Part shown: positions 35,775-44,478 of the stretch, piece after piece
Layout of the letters: each line of letters opens with the position of its first letter
Position numbering within the stretch: the stretch's first letter is position 1
Assembly (NCBI GenBank): GCA_028749205.1
Contig: JAQULR010000001.1
Location: 62,840 to 126,839 of the forward strand
Reading direction: 5' to 3'
DNA: 64,000 nucleotides
Source: Acidobacteriota bacterium
Lineage (GTDB): Bacteria > Acidobacteriota > Aminicenantia > Aminicenantales > Saccharicenantaceae
The notes under the pieces: model-generated
Seen by the model: the letters and a program-made list of their open reading frames with translations, nothing else
Database searches by the model: none
Told to the model about the DNA's origin: nothing
Translations under genes and position numbers: made by a program

Positions 35775-37126
35775 AAAAAAGAACAGTATTTGTCTGCCAG
35801 AATTGTGGGTTTCAGTCGCCAAAATGGCTCGGACGCTGCAGCCAGTGTGGGGACTGGAATACCATGGTGGAAGAACTAGAAGAGGAATCAGAGCTAACCC
35901 TGCCCGAAGGTGGAGGAGAACCTGTTCTCTATCATGAAATAAAGGAAGCACCCGGGCAGAGAATGCCGGTCGGAATTGAACAGTTTAACAATGTCCTCGG
36001 GGGAGGCCTAGTTCTGGGTTCGGTGGTGCTGATAGGTGGAGAACCAGGTATCGGGAAATCAACCTTATTACTTCAAGTTTCCAGGGATTTAGCCAGCCAG
36101 GGAGGCCCGGTCCTGTATGTTTCAGGAGAAGAATCGCTGGAGCAGATCAAGCTTCGAGGTGATCGGCTTGGCCTAAAAGATGAAACTGTCTATCTGCTGG
36201 CTGAAGTCAGCCTGGAAAGAATCATCAGGGCTGCTGACCAGATGAAACCAAAAGCCCTGGTCATAGATTCTGTCCAGACTATTTTTTCTTCGCAGTTAAC
36301 CTCCAGCCCTGGTACAATCAGCCAGGTAAGGGAAGTGGCCAATCAGGTTTTCAGGCTGGCTAAAAGAAATCAAATTCCTGTTTTTCTTATCGGCCATATC
36401 ACCAAGGAAGGTAGCTTAGCCGGGCCGAAATCGTTGGAACATATGGTTGATGTGGTCCTGTTGTTTGAGGGAGAAAGAGACCATCATCACCGGGTCCTGC
36501 GGGTTTTGAAAAATCGCTTCGGGCCAGTCTCGGAGCTGGCTATTTTTGAAATGAGTCAATCAGGTCTCCGAGCCATAGAGAATCCCTCAGCCTTTTTCCT
36601 TAGAGAAAGGCCTCGGAATGAGCCGGGTAGTGTGGTTGTCTCGACCATTAAAGGTTCCAGACCGCTTCTGGTAGAAATCCAGGCTCTGGTGTCTTCTACC
36701 CTGTTTTCAGGGAATCCCAGGAGGATGTCCATCGGTCTTGATCATTACCGGGTTTCCATGCTGCTGGCTCTGGTGGAAAAGAAAATAGGTTATAGTTTTG
36801 CCGGAGAAGACATTTACTTAAATGTAGCTGGAGGGCTGGCGGTTGGCGAGCCAGCGGCTGATCTGGGTGTGGTCCTGGCCGTAATTTCCTCTATCAAAAA
36901 CCTACCATTGCCAAGAGAAATAGCCGTTTTTGGCGAGGTCGGGCTTAGCGGTGAGGTCAGGTCAGTCGGTCAGCCGGTAGCCAGAATAAAAGAGGCTAGA
37001 TCTCTTGGTTTTGAAGCCGTTCTGTTACCTGAGGGCAATCTGCAGCAGCTTCCAGGTGAGGAACTCAAAGGAATAAAGTGTTTAGGAGTGGATTCGATCC
37101 GAAAAACTCTATCTTTAATATTTTAA
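35771..37126 (+). CDS. radA: DNA repair protein RadA/Sms
   Basis: N-terminal zinc ribbon CQNCGF..CSQCGDWN, Walker A GEPGIGKST, KNRFG motif, and a Lon-like C-terminal domain. Confidence 0.95.
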   Translation: MKKRTVFVCQNCGFQSPKWLGRCSQCGDWNTMVEELEEESELTLPEGGGEPVLYHEIKEAPGQRMPVGIEQFNNVLGGGLVLGSVVLIGGEPGIGKSTLLLQVSRDLASQGGPVLYVSGEESLEQIKLRGDRLGLKDETVYLLAEVSLERIIRAADQMKPKALVIDSVQTIFSSQLTSSPGTISQVREVANQVFRLAKRNQIPVFLIGHITKEGSLAGPKSLEHMVDVVLLFEGERDHHHRVLRVLKNRFGPVSELAIFEMSQSGLRAIENPSAFFLRERPRNEPGSVVVSTIKGSRPLLVEIQALVSSTLFSGNPRRMSIGLDHYRVSMLLALVEKKIGYSFAGEDIYLNVAGGLAVGEPAADLGVVLAVISSIKNLPLPREIAVFGEVGLSGEVRSVGQPVARIKEARSLGFEAVLLPEGNLQQLPGEELKGIKCLGVDSIRKTLSLIF

Positions 37127-37176
37127 TTTTTTTTTGGATTATGTAAAATACAAACTGATCTGAAATCAGGAATAAG

Positions 37177-38166
37177 ATGGGACTGATATTTTTAAGATCG
37201 ATAGTTTTGGTTCTGCTGGCCATAGCGGGGTATTTTTATCCCCCTTTTGGCTTGGGCCCTTTGCCAGGTGCTCTGGCTGGTTTGGCCCTGGGTATTCTGA
37301 TTATTCTTATAGAATCTAGAATTAGAAGGGCTCCCTTTAGAATCATCTGGACAGCCTCAGCTGGGATCCTGTTGGGTGTACTGGTTGGCTGGCTGCTTGG
37401 TACCGTTTTTCAGACAATACTCCGGTCTCCGGAGATGTCTACCTTTATTCGAATCTTTTTCTTAATTGCTTGTCCATACATGGGTTTTCTGGTTGGAATA
37501 AAAAAGCCGGAATGGCTGGAACCTGGTTTTTTAAACCGTTTCTTCCGTAGCCAGAGTGGGGATCGCAGCTGCAAGCTGCTCGACACCTCTGTTATAATAG
37601 ATGGCCGGATTTATAAAGTCTGTGATACTGGATTTGTAGATGGTTCGGTGGTTGTACCCCAGTTTGTTCTAAGGGAGTTGCAACTGGTGGCTGATTCACC
37701 TGATCCTCTAAAGCGGCAGAGGGGTCGCCGTGGTCTGGAAGTTCTGGATCGATTGAAGAAAATCTCAAAAGTTAAGGTGGTAATTTCAGAGCTGGATTTT
37801 CCCGACATCAAGGATGTTGATTCCAAGTTAATAGAGTGCGCTAAGGCTCTTAAGGCTAAAATCATCACCAACGATTTTAACCTAAATAAGATTGCCAAAC
37901 TCCAGGGCTTAGAAGTTTTAAATATAAATGAGCTGGCCAACGCTCTCAAACCTGTAGTTCTCCCAGGTGAGATCATGAGAGTCTTTATCTTAAAGGAGGG
38001 GAAGGAAAAAGACCAGGGAGTTGCTTATCTGGATGACGGGACTATGGTGGTAGTGGATAATGCTCGCCGGATGATAGGCCAGACTGTGGATATTACAGTT
38101 ACTTCTGTCCTGCAAACTACTGTGGGTAAAATGATTTTTGGCCGATATAACAGCGATATGCCTTGA
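37177..38166 (+). CDS. Membrane-anchored PIN + TRAM domain protein (YacL-like)
   Basis: 4 N-terminal TM segments, a PIN domain (KLLDTSVIIDGRI...ITNDFNLNK), and a C-terminal TRAM domain (GQTVDITVTSVLQTTVGKMIFGRY). Position between radA and ispF matches Bacillus yacL. Confidence 0.8.
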   Translation: MGLIFLRSIVLVLLAIAGYFYPPFGLGPLPGALAGLALGILIILIESRIRRAPFRIIWTASAGILLGVLVGWLLGTVFQTILRSPEMSTFIRIFFLIACPYMGFLVGIKKPEWLEPGFLNRFFRSQSGDRSCKLLDTSVIIDGRIYKVCDTGFVDGSVVVPQFVLRELQLVADSPDPLKRQRGRRGLEVLDRLKKISKVKVVISELDFPDIKDVDSKLIECAKALKAKIITNDFNLNKIAKLQGLEVLNINELANALKPVVLPGEIMRVFILKEGKEKDQGVAYLDDGTMVVVDNARRMIGQTVDITVTSVLQTTVGKMIFGRYNSDMP

Positions 38167-38178
38167 TTTAGATATAAT

Positions 38179-38661
38179 ATGAAGTTCAAAATTGGCCTCG
38201 GCTATGACCTGCATCGGTTGGTCCCGGGCCGACCCCTGGTAGTCGGGGGGGTGAACTTGCCTTCAGAGGTTGGTTGTCTGGCTCATTCTGATGGCGATGT
38301 TCTTATCCATGCCATAATTGATGCCTTGTTGGGAGCTAAAGGCGAAGGAGATATCGGCCAGAGATTTCCTGATAGCGACCCGGCTTATGCGGGTCGGGCT
38401 AGCCTGGAGTTCCTGGCCAGCATTATGGAGGAAATAAAAGGAGCCGGGTTTACCGTGGTCAATATTGATAGCCTAGTACTTTTGGAAAAACCCCGGCTGC
38501 TCCCTTATATAGATAGTATGAAAACCAATCTTTATCCCCTGTTAGGGATTTCTCCTCAGAACATCGGGATTAAGGCAAAAACCGGCGAAGGATTGGGTGA
38601 AATTGGCGCCGGGAGAGCTATTGCCTCCTGGGTGGTAGCCCTGCTCAATTCTTCTGGTTGA
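38179..38661 (+). CDS. ispF: 2-C-methyl-D-erythritol 2,4-cyclodiphosphate synthase
   Basis: Motifs IGLGYDLHRL, HSDGDVLIHAIIDALLGA and GDIGQRFPD. Confidence 0.93.
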   Translation: MKFKIGLGYDLHRLVPGRPLVVGGVNLPSEVGCLAHSDGDVLIHAIIDALLGAKGEGDIGQRFPDSDPAYAGRASLEFLASIMEEIKGAGFTVVNIDSLVLLEKPRLLPYIDSMKTNLYPLLGISPQNIGIKAKTGEGLGEIGAGRAIASWVVALLNSSG

Positions 38662-38693
38662 CGGTATTATTATGTGTCTTAATCCAGGTTAAC
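38657..38693. repeat. Member C of the dispersed motif; an imperfect hairpin that fills the gap between the ispF and pstB stop codons
   Basis: Sequence GTTGACGGTATTATTATGTGTCTTAATCCAGGTTAAC. It shares ATTATT..TGTG..AATCCAGrTTAAC with site B (63326-63361). The outer arms GTTGAC/GTTAAC can pair. Confidence 0.45.
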
Positions 38694-39453
38694 TGATTTC
38701 TCCCGTAATGTAAGCCCGGGTCCTGGGGTCTTTGGGAGATACCAGGACTTCAGAAGCCGGCCCGAATTCTATTACCTCACCAAGATATAGGAAAGCTACA
38801 TAATCGGCCAGCCGCCTGGCCTGGCGCAGAATATGGGTTACCAGAATGATTGTATAATTCTGCTTTAAGCTTAGAAGCTGTGTTTCCACGTTGCGGCTGG
38901 ATTGAGGGTCAAGAGCAGAGGTTGGTTCATCGCCCAGGATGACTTCTGGTTCAATGGCCAGTCCTCGAGCCAGGCATAATCGTTGTTGTTGGCCAATAGA
39001 CAGGCTCCCGGCCGGGTCCGAGAGCCGGTTTTTTACTTCCTCCCATAGACCGGCCAGCTGTAAGTATTTTTCTACTAGCTTATCCAAAGCAGCGCGAGAT
39101 CTTAAACCGAGCAACCTGGGTCCAAAGGCCACGTTATCATAAATAGACATGGGTAAAACCTGAGGTTTCTGGGAGAGCAGGCCCATCTTCTTTCTGACCT
39201 GAGTTACATCTATTCCGAATTGATAGATATCCTGGCCGTCAACCAGAACCTGGCCTTCAACCCGGGCTTCATCCTGCTCGTCCAAAAGCCGGTTCAGACT
39301 TTTGAGCAAGGTGGTTTTCCCGCAACCAGACGGTCCGATAATAACCGTTATTCTTTTTTCTGGGATTTGTAAATTGATGTCTTTCAGGACATGATTTTTC
39401 CCGAAGTAAACATTAAGATTTTTAATCTGTAAACTGCTCGGCCTGTCCATCAC
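38689..39453 (-). CDS. pstB: Phosphate ABC transporter ATPase PstB (operon 1)
   Basis: Walker A GPSGCGKTT, LSIGQQQRLCLARG, ILGDEPTSALD, and a PstB-like DNVAFGPRL motif. Confidence 0.9.
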   Translation of the reverse strand: MMDRPSSLQIKNLNVYFGKNHVLKDINLQIPEKRITVIIGPSGCGKTTLLKSLNRLLDEQDEARVEGQVLVDGQDIYQFGIDVTQVRKKMGLLSQKPQVLPMSIYDNVAFGPRLLGLRSRAALDKLVEKYLQLAGLWEEVKNRLSDPAGSLSIGQQQRLCLARGLAIEPEVILGDEPTSALDPQSSRNVETQLLSLKQNYTIILVTHILRQARRLADYVAFLYLGEVIEFGPASEVLVSPKDPRTRAYITGEIS

Positions 39454-39463
39454 TTAGCTCCAG

Positions 39464-40351
39464 TTAAAGGATTTTATGGCGGCTCAGCCTCCGGCTAAGA
39501 CTGCGAGAAATGAGGCTTATTAACAAAATAAGCAAGGTTAGAATAGCCGCGGAAGCATAGGCCCGTTGCTGAACTTCAGGAAAAGGCGAATTCAGCTGAA
39601 AAAATATAGCTAGGGGCAAGGTGGCCACTGGTTGCAGAAAAGAAGTGGTAATTCTATCAGTATAGCCAGCCGTAAAAAGAACGGAGGCCGCATCTCCTAA
39701 ACCCCGACCCATGGCCATCAAAACTCCGGTAACCAGTCCAGGGATAGCCTGTCTCAGCATCACCTTAGTAGTCGTTTGCCAGCGGTTAGCTCCCAGGGAA
39801 AGGGTGGTTTCTTTGAGTTCTACCGGAACCAGCCTTAAGGTCTCATCCAGGGATCGACTCAGGATAGGTAGTTCTACCATAGCGACGGTAATTATCCCAG
39901 CCAGCAGAGAGGCCCGTAATTGTAGGGCTATCATGATCAGAAAACCGAAAGCTCCGTAGACGATGGATGGGATTCCCCACAGGACATCAAGAGAAAACCT
40001 GATGATTTCAGCGGTGGTCGATTTTTTTTTCAAATAGCTTTGCAAGAAAATGACTGCCGGGAGAGCAATCGTTAGGGCCAGAAGAGTGGCTCCCAATATA
40101 AGTTGTAAAGAACCCAGAATGGCATTCAAAATCCCCCCTTCCTCTCCCAGATAATAGCCACTGCTGGGGGTTTTAATAATCATAGAAATTTGGAGAGCCG
40201 GCAAACTTTTCCAGAGTATGGTTATCAGAATCAAAACCAGACTTAACAATACCAGAGCAGCCGAAGCTACCATTAATATTTTAAAAAATGATTCTTTTCT
40301 CTTCCTTCTTTTTAGGTTCGGGCTAAGCTTATTGTAACTCTGACCTTTCAT
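39464..40351 (-). CDS. pstA: Phosphate ABC transporter permease PstA (operon 1)
   Basis: 295 aa, 6 TM segments, EAA-type loop (ETTLSLGANRWQTTTKVMLRQAIPG). Assignment also uses gene order. Confidence 0.85.
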   Translation of the reverse strand: MKGQSYNKLSPNLKRRKRKESFFKILMVASAALVLLSLVLILITILWKSLPALQISMIIKTPSSGYYLGEEGGILNAILGSLQLILGATLLALTIALPAVIFLQSYLKKKSTTAEIIRFSLDVLWGIPSIVYGAFGFLIMIALQLRASLLAGIITVAMVELPILSRSLDETLRLVPVELKETTLSLGANRWQTTTKVMLRQAIPGLVTGVLMAMGRGLGDAASVLFTAGYTDRITTSFLQPVATLPLAIFFQLNSPFPEVQQRAYASAAILTLLILLISLISRSLSRRLSRHKIL

Positions 40352-41244
40352 CCTAACCTCCGGCTGATACGGGCCAGATACCAGCGAGCCAGGATACTGA
40401 AGCTTACCACAATTATCAGTAACAGCAGGGCGGCTAGATTTAGAGCAGATTCGTATCCGGGAATAGACATCATTTCGCCATAGTTATTCGCCAGGAGAGC
40501 TGGCAGAGGATAAGCTGGCGAAAAGATAGAGCGCGGAATAATGGGTACATTTCCTACCACCATGAGCACCGCGATTGTTTCACCGAAAGCCCTCGATAGC
40601 CCCAGAACACAAGCAGCAATTATACCCGGGAAAGCTCTTCTCATGGTTACCTGCTGGATGACCTCAAAATGGGTGGCCCCCAGAGACAGGGCGGCCTCTT
40701 TAAGGGACAAAGGGACAGAGTTTAAGACTTCTGTTGAGACGCTGATAATAGTAGGTAGAATCATTACAGCCAGAACAATCCCCCCTGATAGCACGCTGTA
40801 GCCCGAGGTCTGTTTACCGAAAAGAGGGCCAAGATAATTGCTTACAGCCGGCACGATGAACAGGATTCCCCACATCCCGTAAATGACAGAGGGCAAGCCA
40901 GCCAGGAGGTCCACAACAGGCTGAAAAAGTCGTTTTAACCTGGCCGGAGCATATTCGGCCAGATAAATGGAAGTCAGAACAGAAACCGGCACAGCTAAGA
41001 TAAAGGCTGTCACCGTTACCCATAATGTTCCCATTATAAATGGCCAGAGACCGAAATGACCTCGACTCGGCTGCCAGGCTGAGGAAAAAATCAAGGTAGG
41101 TAATGATTTAATAGACAATAAGGGATAGGCTTTAATCAAGAGGGCCAGAAATATAGCTCCGGCCAGACCCAAGGGGAAAAAGCCGAAAAAAGCAGTGATA
41201 ATTTTCGGAACTTTTTCTCTTTTGCCGGGCTGGCCATTGCTCAT
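40348..41244 (-). CDS. pstC: Phosphate ABC transporter permease PstC (operon 1)
   Basis: 298 aa with the motif LKEAALSLGATHFEVIQQVTMRRAFPG. Assignment also uses gene order. Confidence 0.85.
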   Translation of the reverse strand: MSNGQPGKREKVPKIITAFFGFFPLGLAGAIFLALLIKAYPLLSIKSLPTLIFSSAWQPSRGHFGLWPFIMGTLWVTVTAFILAVPVSVLTSIYLAEYAPARLKRLFQPVVDLLAGLPSVIYGMWGILFIVPAVSNYLGPLFGKQTSGYSVLSGGIVLAVMILPTIISVSTEVLNSVPLSLKEAALSLGATHFEVIQQVTMRRAFPGIIAACVLGLSRAFGETIAVLMVVGNVPIIPRSIFSPAYPLPALLANNYGEMMSIPGYESALNLAALLLLIIVVSFSILARWYLARISRRLG

Positions 41245-42329
41245 GGAGCCTTACCCCCTTGAGGTTGTTTAAGGTCTTGTAACTTTTGCTTTTCTCTCTC
41301 AAGGGTCTGGCTACTAACTCGTAAATATCCGGTTGCTTCTACCAGATCTTGACCTTTTCTCAAAACCCAGTCCAGAAAGGTTAGAACCAGATTGTTATAA
41401 GTATTTTTTTTGATAACCAGGTAGAGATCTCGAGCTGGTGGTGAAGGATATCGGCCCTGGTCAATAGCCTTGACCAGTTGATTGCGGTCATCATAAAATT
41501 TTTCTTCCGGTTCCAGCTGCCCGTTTTGGTTGAGGTCAAGCAAGCCTACTACTAAACCTTCATGCGGCCTCAAAGTTTCAGGATTATAAGCGAAATTCAG
41601 GTTGTTGAAACCCAGGCCAAATGGGTCCCGACGGACTGCCTGAGCCAGGCCTGGATCACCGTAGATCGCAATGCCTTTGAGGTCTTCCTGATGAGCTCCT
41701 AAAAAGGCTGCCCAGGTTTCTGCGGCCCCGCAAGCATCTGATCGGGTATAAACATTGATGGGGGTTTTCCCGGGCAGGCCGAAAATTTCTTCCCAGCTTC
41801 TGATTGTTCCGTCTACGAAAATAGCCTGTAAAGTTTTTTGAGTCAGACCTTTTTCCAGCAGAATATTTAGAAAGGGATTCTTGTTATTAAGCGTCACTAC
41901 TACCGCGTCTCTGGCCACCGCAATGGGCCAGGCCCCACGCGATAATTCTGCAGAATAAATCTCTCTGGAGACCATGCCGATGTCCACCAATCCACTCAGC
42001 ATATCAGCCATGCCCTTGCCAGCCCCACCGGCTTGTAAATCGATCTTTACCCCGGGATTTTCTTTTTGGAATTCTTCGGCCCAGCGCACCACTAAAGGAT
42101 AAAGGGCCCAGGCTCCGGAAATACTGATTTTCCCCTCAATACTCTGTGGGTGTTCAGAAAACACTAAGGGAAAGGGATGTGAAACAGACACCGAAATTAG
42201 CAGCAAAAGCATTATAGGCAGAGTTGTCCTTATTCTCCAGAAACAGCCAACCGATCCTCTTGGAATATTTCTTTTAGTTGATAAGATCCTATTTTTGTTC
42301 TTGCTGGTTTTTTGTTCAGTAATCATCAT
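41241..42329 (-). CDS. pstS: PstS-family periplasmic phosphate-binding protein (operon 1)
   Basis: ISISGAWALYPLVVRWAEEFQKENPGVKIDLQAGGAGKG is a PBP-like-2 pattern. I prefer the ATG at 42329 (MMITEQ..), preceded by AAGGAAGG. The track ORF starts at a TTG at 42368. Confidence 0.8.
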   Translation of the reverse strand: MMITEQKTSKNKNRILSTKRNIPRGSVGCFWRIRTTLPIMLLLLISVSVSHPFPLVFSEHPQSIEGKISISGAWALYPLVVRWAEEFQKENPGVKIDLQAGGAGKGMADMLSGLVDIGMVSREIYSAELSRGAWPIAVARDAVVVTLNNKNPFLNILLEKGLTQKTLQAIFVDGTIRSWEEIFGLPGKTPINVYTRSDACGAAETWAAFLGAHQEDLKGIAIYGDPGLAQAVRRDPFGLGFNNLNFAYNPETLRPHEGLVVGLLDLNQNGQLEPEEKFYDDRNQLVKAIDQGRYPSPPARDLYLVIKKNTYNNLVLTFLDWVLRKGQDLVEATGYLRVSSQTLEREKQKLQDLKQPQGGKAP

Positions 42330-42364
42330 GTTTTCTGCCTTCCTTAAAGAGATGAATTCTATTT

Positions 42365-43375
42365 TCAAAAACCCACCTGGAGTTGGAGCAATAATACCTG
42401 GCTATCAGGCCCAGCTGCTGGGTGGTGATATTCAAAATTGGCCTGGAATTTAGACCGGTCGTTCCATGACCAATTTATCCCTGCCAGGTAAACTGTTGTG
42501 CTTTCCCCTGGCAGGCTGCGGTCAAGGTCGAGCCAATCCAGCCGGAATACCAGTTGGTATTTTTCTGGTTTTAGGTTGAAAGCCGCCAGAAGATACCAAC
42601 CATGTCTTTCGACCTGACCATCCTTAGCCCAGATAAATTCAGTGCTCAGGTGGGCCCAGCGATATTCCCAGGTAGCTTCGAGTCCATACTTATTTCTAGC
42701 CAAATTGCTCGGCACTCCGACTATTGTTTGCCGGCCGTTATAAACGGAGAAACCGGCGGCAAAATTATCAGCCAGATGAGCCACAAACCGGCCGCTGAAG
42801 TCTTTACAGTCATTGTTGTCTTTTTTGTTTATCCCGGAGCCATTAACCAAGCCCAAGCTGTAGTCAAAGACTGACAGGCGACCAAAAAGCAAAGCCCCCA
42901 CATCTCTTCCGGCGGCCTTATTATCACGGCCAGGAGCCAGGTATTCAACAACTTGTGATCGGTTGATGGTCCGGAGGTTGGCGGCGGAAGTAGTATTCTC
43001 CAGGCTGAAAGGAACCAGAAATTGCCCGACCCTCAGGCTAAGATTCTCAATCAGAGTGATTTCAGCCAGGGCATCGAGCAGGATGGGAGATCTGGTCAAA
43101 TCAGCCTGTATTTTGAACCGCAATTTCTTCATAGGCTCACCGCTCAGGCTAAGCCTGGCTCTCCTGACGGAAAAGGTATCTTCGGTATCAGGTTGACCGG
43201 TAAAACTAAACTGAGCGAAACCCGAAAATTTAAGATTTAAAGAACTCTGAACCGGTGAGACTTCAGGTGGTTTTTCATCGGAGGAGACTTCACACCCCGG
43301 GGTTCTGAAGGCTATGGCCGGCTGCAGCAGGCTAAACATCATCAACAGAACTCCAGCAATTTTAAACCTGATCAT
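42365..43375 (-). CDS. Outer-membrane porin, phosphate-selective porin O/P-like
   Basis: Signal peptide, then FSVRRARLSLSGEPMKKLRFKIQADL (OprO/P-family pattern), alternating beta sequence and a C-terminal ...LQLQVGF. Confidence 0.7.
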   Translation of the reverse strand: MIRFKIAGVLLMMFSLLQPAIAFRTPGCEVSSDEKPPEVSPVQSSLNLKFSGFAQFSFTGQPDTEDTFSVRRARLSLSGEPMKKLRFKIQADLTRSPILLDALAEITLIENLSLRVGQFLVPFSLENTTSAANLRTINRSQVVEYLAPGRDNKAAGRDVGALLFGRLSVFDYSLGLVNGSGINKKDNNDCKDFSGRFVAHLADNFAAGFSVYNGRQTIVGVPSNLARNKYGLEATWEYRWAHLSTEFIWAKDGQVERHGWYLLAAFNLKPEKYQLVFRLDWLDLDRSLPGESTTVYLAGINWSWNDRSKFQANFEYHHPAAGPDSQVLLLQLQVGF

Positions 43376-43821
43376 TTTTTTCTTTCCCGGGGAGCGGCTT
43401 GGGCTATTTTAATCTGTTTTGTCAGAATATCTTGAAAGCTAGTTTTTTCAAGATGACTGGCCACCATATCTCTGATTTCTTTCCAGAGAAATCTCAGGCC
43501 GCACCTGTCTTCCAGGGGGCAGGGTTCATGTTCTATAACGCTGACACAGTTGATCGGAGCCAGAGGCCCATCCATTACTCTGATGACTTCGGCTACGCTG
43601 ATTAGCTCTGGCGGCTTGGAGAGATAATACCCGCCATTAGGCCCCTTTTTACTTTTGAGATAACCAGCTCGTTTAAGAAGCAGGAGTATTTGGGCCAGAA
43701 ATTGTTCTGGAATGGCTTGAGATAGAGAAATGATTTTGATAGGCACAGGGCCCTGGCCATACCGGGCTGATAGTTCCAGCATGGCCCGGCTGGCATATTC
43801 ACCTTTGGTGGACAGCTTCAT
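43372..43821 (-). CDS. Rrf2-family transcriptional regulator with a putative cluster-binding Cys triad
   Basis: Starts MKLSTKGEYASRAMLELS with a winged helix-turn-helix. Three Cys residues lie in INCVSVIEHEPCPLEDRCGL (C-x8-C-x5-C). Its stop overlaps the porin start by 4 nt. Confidence 0.85.
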   Translation of the reverse strand: MKLSTKGEYASRAMLELSARYGQGPVPIKIISLSQAIPEQFLAQILLLLKRAGYLKSKKGPNGGYYLSKPPELISVAEVIRVMDGPLAPINCVSVIEHEPCPLEDRCGLRFLWKEIRDMVASHLEKTSFQDILTKQIKIAQAAPRERKK

Positions 43822-43834
43822 TAGTAAATCCGAA

Positions 43835-43852
43835 ATAGATGATTAAATCTAT
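43835..43852. promoter_or_regulatory. Short inverted repeat ATAGAT-N6-ATCTAT just upstream of the Rrf2 gene
   Basis: 6-bp perfect arms, 14 nt upstream of the Rrf2 start codon. The repeat is short, so a chance occurrence is possible. Confidence 0.25.
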
Positions 43853-44478
43853 CAACTATATCATATATTAAAGGAAGCCGAATTTGTCAAGCTTTTTTTA
43901 GCCTCAAGAAGGAATTGCCAGCCAGGGAAATCCAGAATTACTGGTAGGTTCTGCGGTCAATGGAATTTATTGCCTAAGACCTTAGGACCTGGGCAATCAG
44001 GGGTCTGGACGAATTAGAGTGGCGACTTCTCAGGTGAAGATTCATCGGCTCCTATTATTTTAAGAAGAGAACTCCCTGACTCAAAGCTTATAAGTATTAA
44101 CCATTCAGGCCCGGGTGAAAGGCCAAGCTGTTCTGGGGACCAGGAAAATCATCTCAGTTCTCCGATAGCCCCTGAGGACCCAATTGATTTTGCTTGCTGT
44201 TAAGAATCATCGTTGTTGAGACTTATTCTTTCATCAATAGGAGCTTCGGGGAAACCAGAAAATCGTCTATCCTGTTGATAGAATTGCCTTTTTGGTTTTT
44301 CTGTGGCATTATTTTAAAGAAATTATTTATCTAGCTAGTATAAATTGATTTGCTTGTTTGCTGAGGTTACAGATTACTTTCTCCGGTTTAGCTTTTCTTA
44401 TTAGTAGTCATGAAAATCTCAAGGCAAGTTCAGTTTTAAGAATAGCCCAGCTTAATAAGCTACCTCAGGGAGGCGACA

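Noticed and set aside
43973-43986. CCTAAG-AC-CTTAGG palindrome as a specific operator
   Set aside because: The arms are only 6 bp, the site occurs once, and it is far (>150 bp) from either flanking start codon. It is kept only as a descriptor of the unexplained 657-bp region.
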